DNA of 64,000 nt from Podarcis erhardii. Taxonomy: Eukaryota. Positions 62,993 to 64,000 of this stretch are shown in pieces. Below the pieces are notes generated by a model that saw only the letters and a list, made by a program, of their open reading frames with translations, had not been told where the DNA came from and searched no databases. The DNA lies in NCBI GenBank assembly GCA_964252035.1, contig OZ176203.1; one strand, given 5' to 3'. Numbering within the stretch: the stretch's first letter is position 1; each line of letters begins with the position of its first letter. Made by a program: the position numbers and the translations under genes.

Positions 62993-64000
62993 ATCAACCT
63001 AACAATGAATCAATCTATGCAAGAAATACATTTTTTGGACACTACTATAAAAATACAGGATGGGCGCATAGACACCACCTTATACCGTAAACCAACTGAC
63101 CGACAAACATATCTACATGCCTCTAGCTACCATCCCAAACATACCAAACAGTCCATTGTATATAGCCAGGCACTACGTTACAGCCGCATCTGTTCCAATT
63201 CTACAGACAGAGACTCTCACCTAAGAGATCTACAGCAAACCTTTTTAGAACTAAAATACCCAGCAGATGACGTTAGACAACAGATAACAGAGCCAGACTG
63301 ATACCCAGAGAGAACTTGCTGCAAGACAGACCCAAAAAAGAAAATAACAGAACACCTCTAGTCATCACATACAGCTCCCAAGTTAAAACAGTACAACGCA
63401 TCATCAGAGATCTACAACCTCTCCTGGACAATGACAGTTCTCTTTCTCAAGCTCTGGGAGGAAGACCTTTCATTGCCTACAGACAGCCACCCAATCTTAA
63501 ACAATTCCTAACCCACAATAATACTACACCCAGACTTAACACGGACACTGGCACCAGAGCCTGCAATAAACCCAGATGCCAACTTTGCTGCCACATACAC
63601 CCGGACAACACCATTACTGGCCCCAACAACATCACACATACCATCTCGGGACTATTTAATTGCTCATCGTCTAACATTGTGTATGCCATCAAATGCCAAC
63701 AGTGTCCTTCAGCTCTCTATATTGGACAAACAGGCCAAACCTTACGCCAACGGACATAAATCTGACATCAGGAATCACAAGACAGAGAAACCAGTAGGAG
63801 AACACTTCAATCTCCCAGGACATTCTATACAAGATCTCAAAGTAGCTGTTCTATTACAAAGGAATTTCAGAAATAGACTGGAAAGAGAAGCTGCTGAATT
63901 GCAACTTATTACCAAACTTAAAACCATGGAGAGACCTGGTCTGAACAAAGACATTGGATTCCTATCTCATTATACATGACAAAGCCATTTTTCACCTTCT
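62993..64000 (+). mobile_element. 5'-truncated Penelope-like retroelement, Neptune type (RT C-terminus, Cys-rich linker, GIY-YIG endonuclease), two frameshifts
   Basis: IHFLDT..TTLYRKPTDRQTYLHASSYHP..SQALRY.RICS (PLE RT/thumb); CNKPRCQLCCH Cys motif; IVYAIKCQQCPSALYIGQTGQTLRQR (GIY-YIG); HKSDIR..VGEHFN..EREAAE..GLN. Stop at 63977-63979, and the 3' UTR runs off the window. Confidence 0.93.

Noticed and set aside
45270-64000. Search for PCCA exon 18 (..LLAIASSLFV..RAQHF..)
   Set aside because: No match found. It probably lies beyond the window end, although the N gaps cannot be excluded.
1-64000. CRISPR arrays, rRNA genes, operons or other prokaryote-type systems
   Set aside because: The sequence is vertebrate intronic DNA and no regularly spaced repeat-spacer array is present.

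Overview
This is eukaryotic genomic DNA from a squamate reptile. The six Sauria/Squam1 SINEs and the MITE families present point to a lacertid lizard (inference). There are four short N-gaps. The window lies inside the propionyl-CoA carboxylase alpha gene (PCCA) on the minus strand. Three coding exons are recognisable, equivalent to human exons 19, 20 and 21: 45167-45269 (103 nt), 25615-25713 (99 nt) and 16035-16088 (54 nt). All have canonical AG/GT sites and splice into one frame (..WELSIQLGETTHSVIASCQGSTFL|[33 protein letters not shown]|CLSRDAGGNLSIQFLGTV). The ORF track misses these exons, and most of its ORFs are noise or repeat read-throughs. The introns contain a deleted DIRS element that keeps both ITRs and its ICR and carries a nested solo LTR, a DD34E Tc1 remnant with an internal inversion, a 5'-truncated Neptune-type Penelope-like element, CR1 and L2 3' ends, tRNA-head/CR1-tail SINEs with two different tRNA heads, and hAT and Tigger-like MITEs. 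I found no convincing new gene system. The best leads are unusual transposon architectures, two ~90-bp short-range duplications (one pair brackets exon 21), a candidate poison micro-exon, a candidate in-frame cassette exon, and TE-free blocks that may be conserved enhancers.
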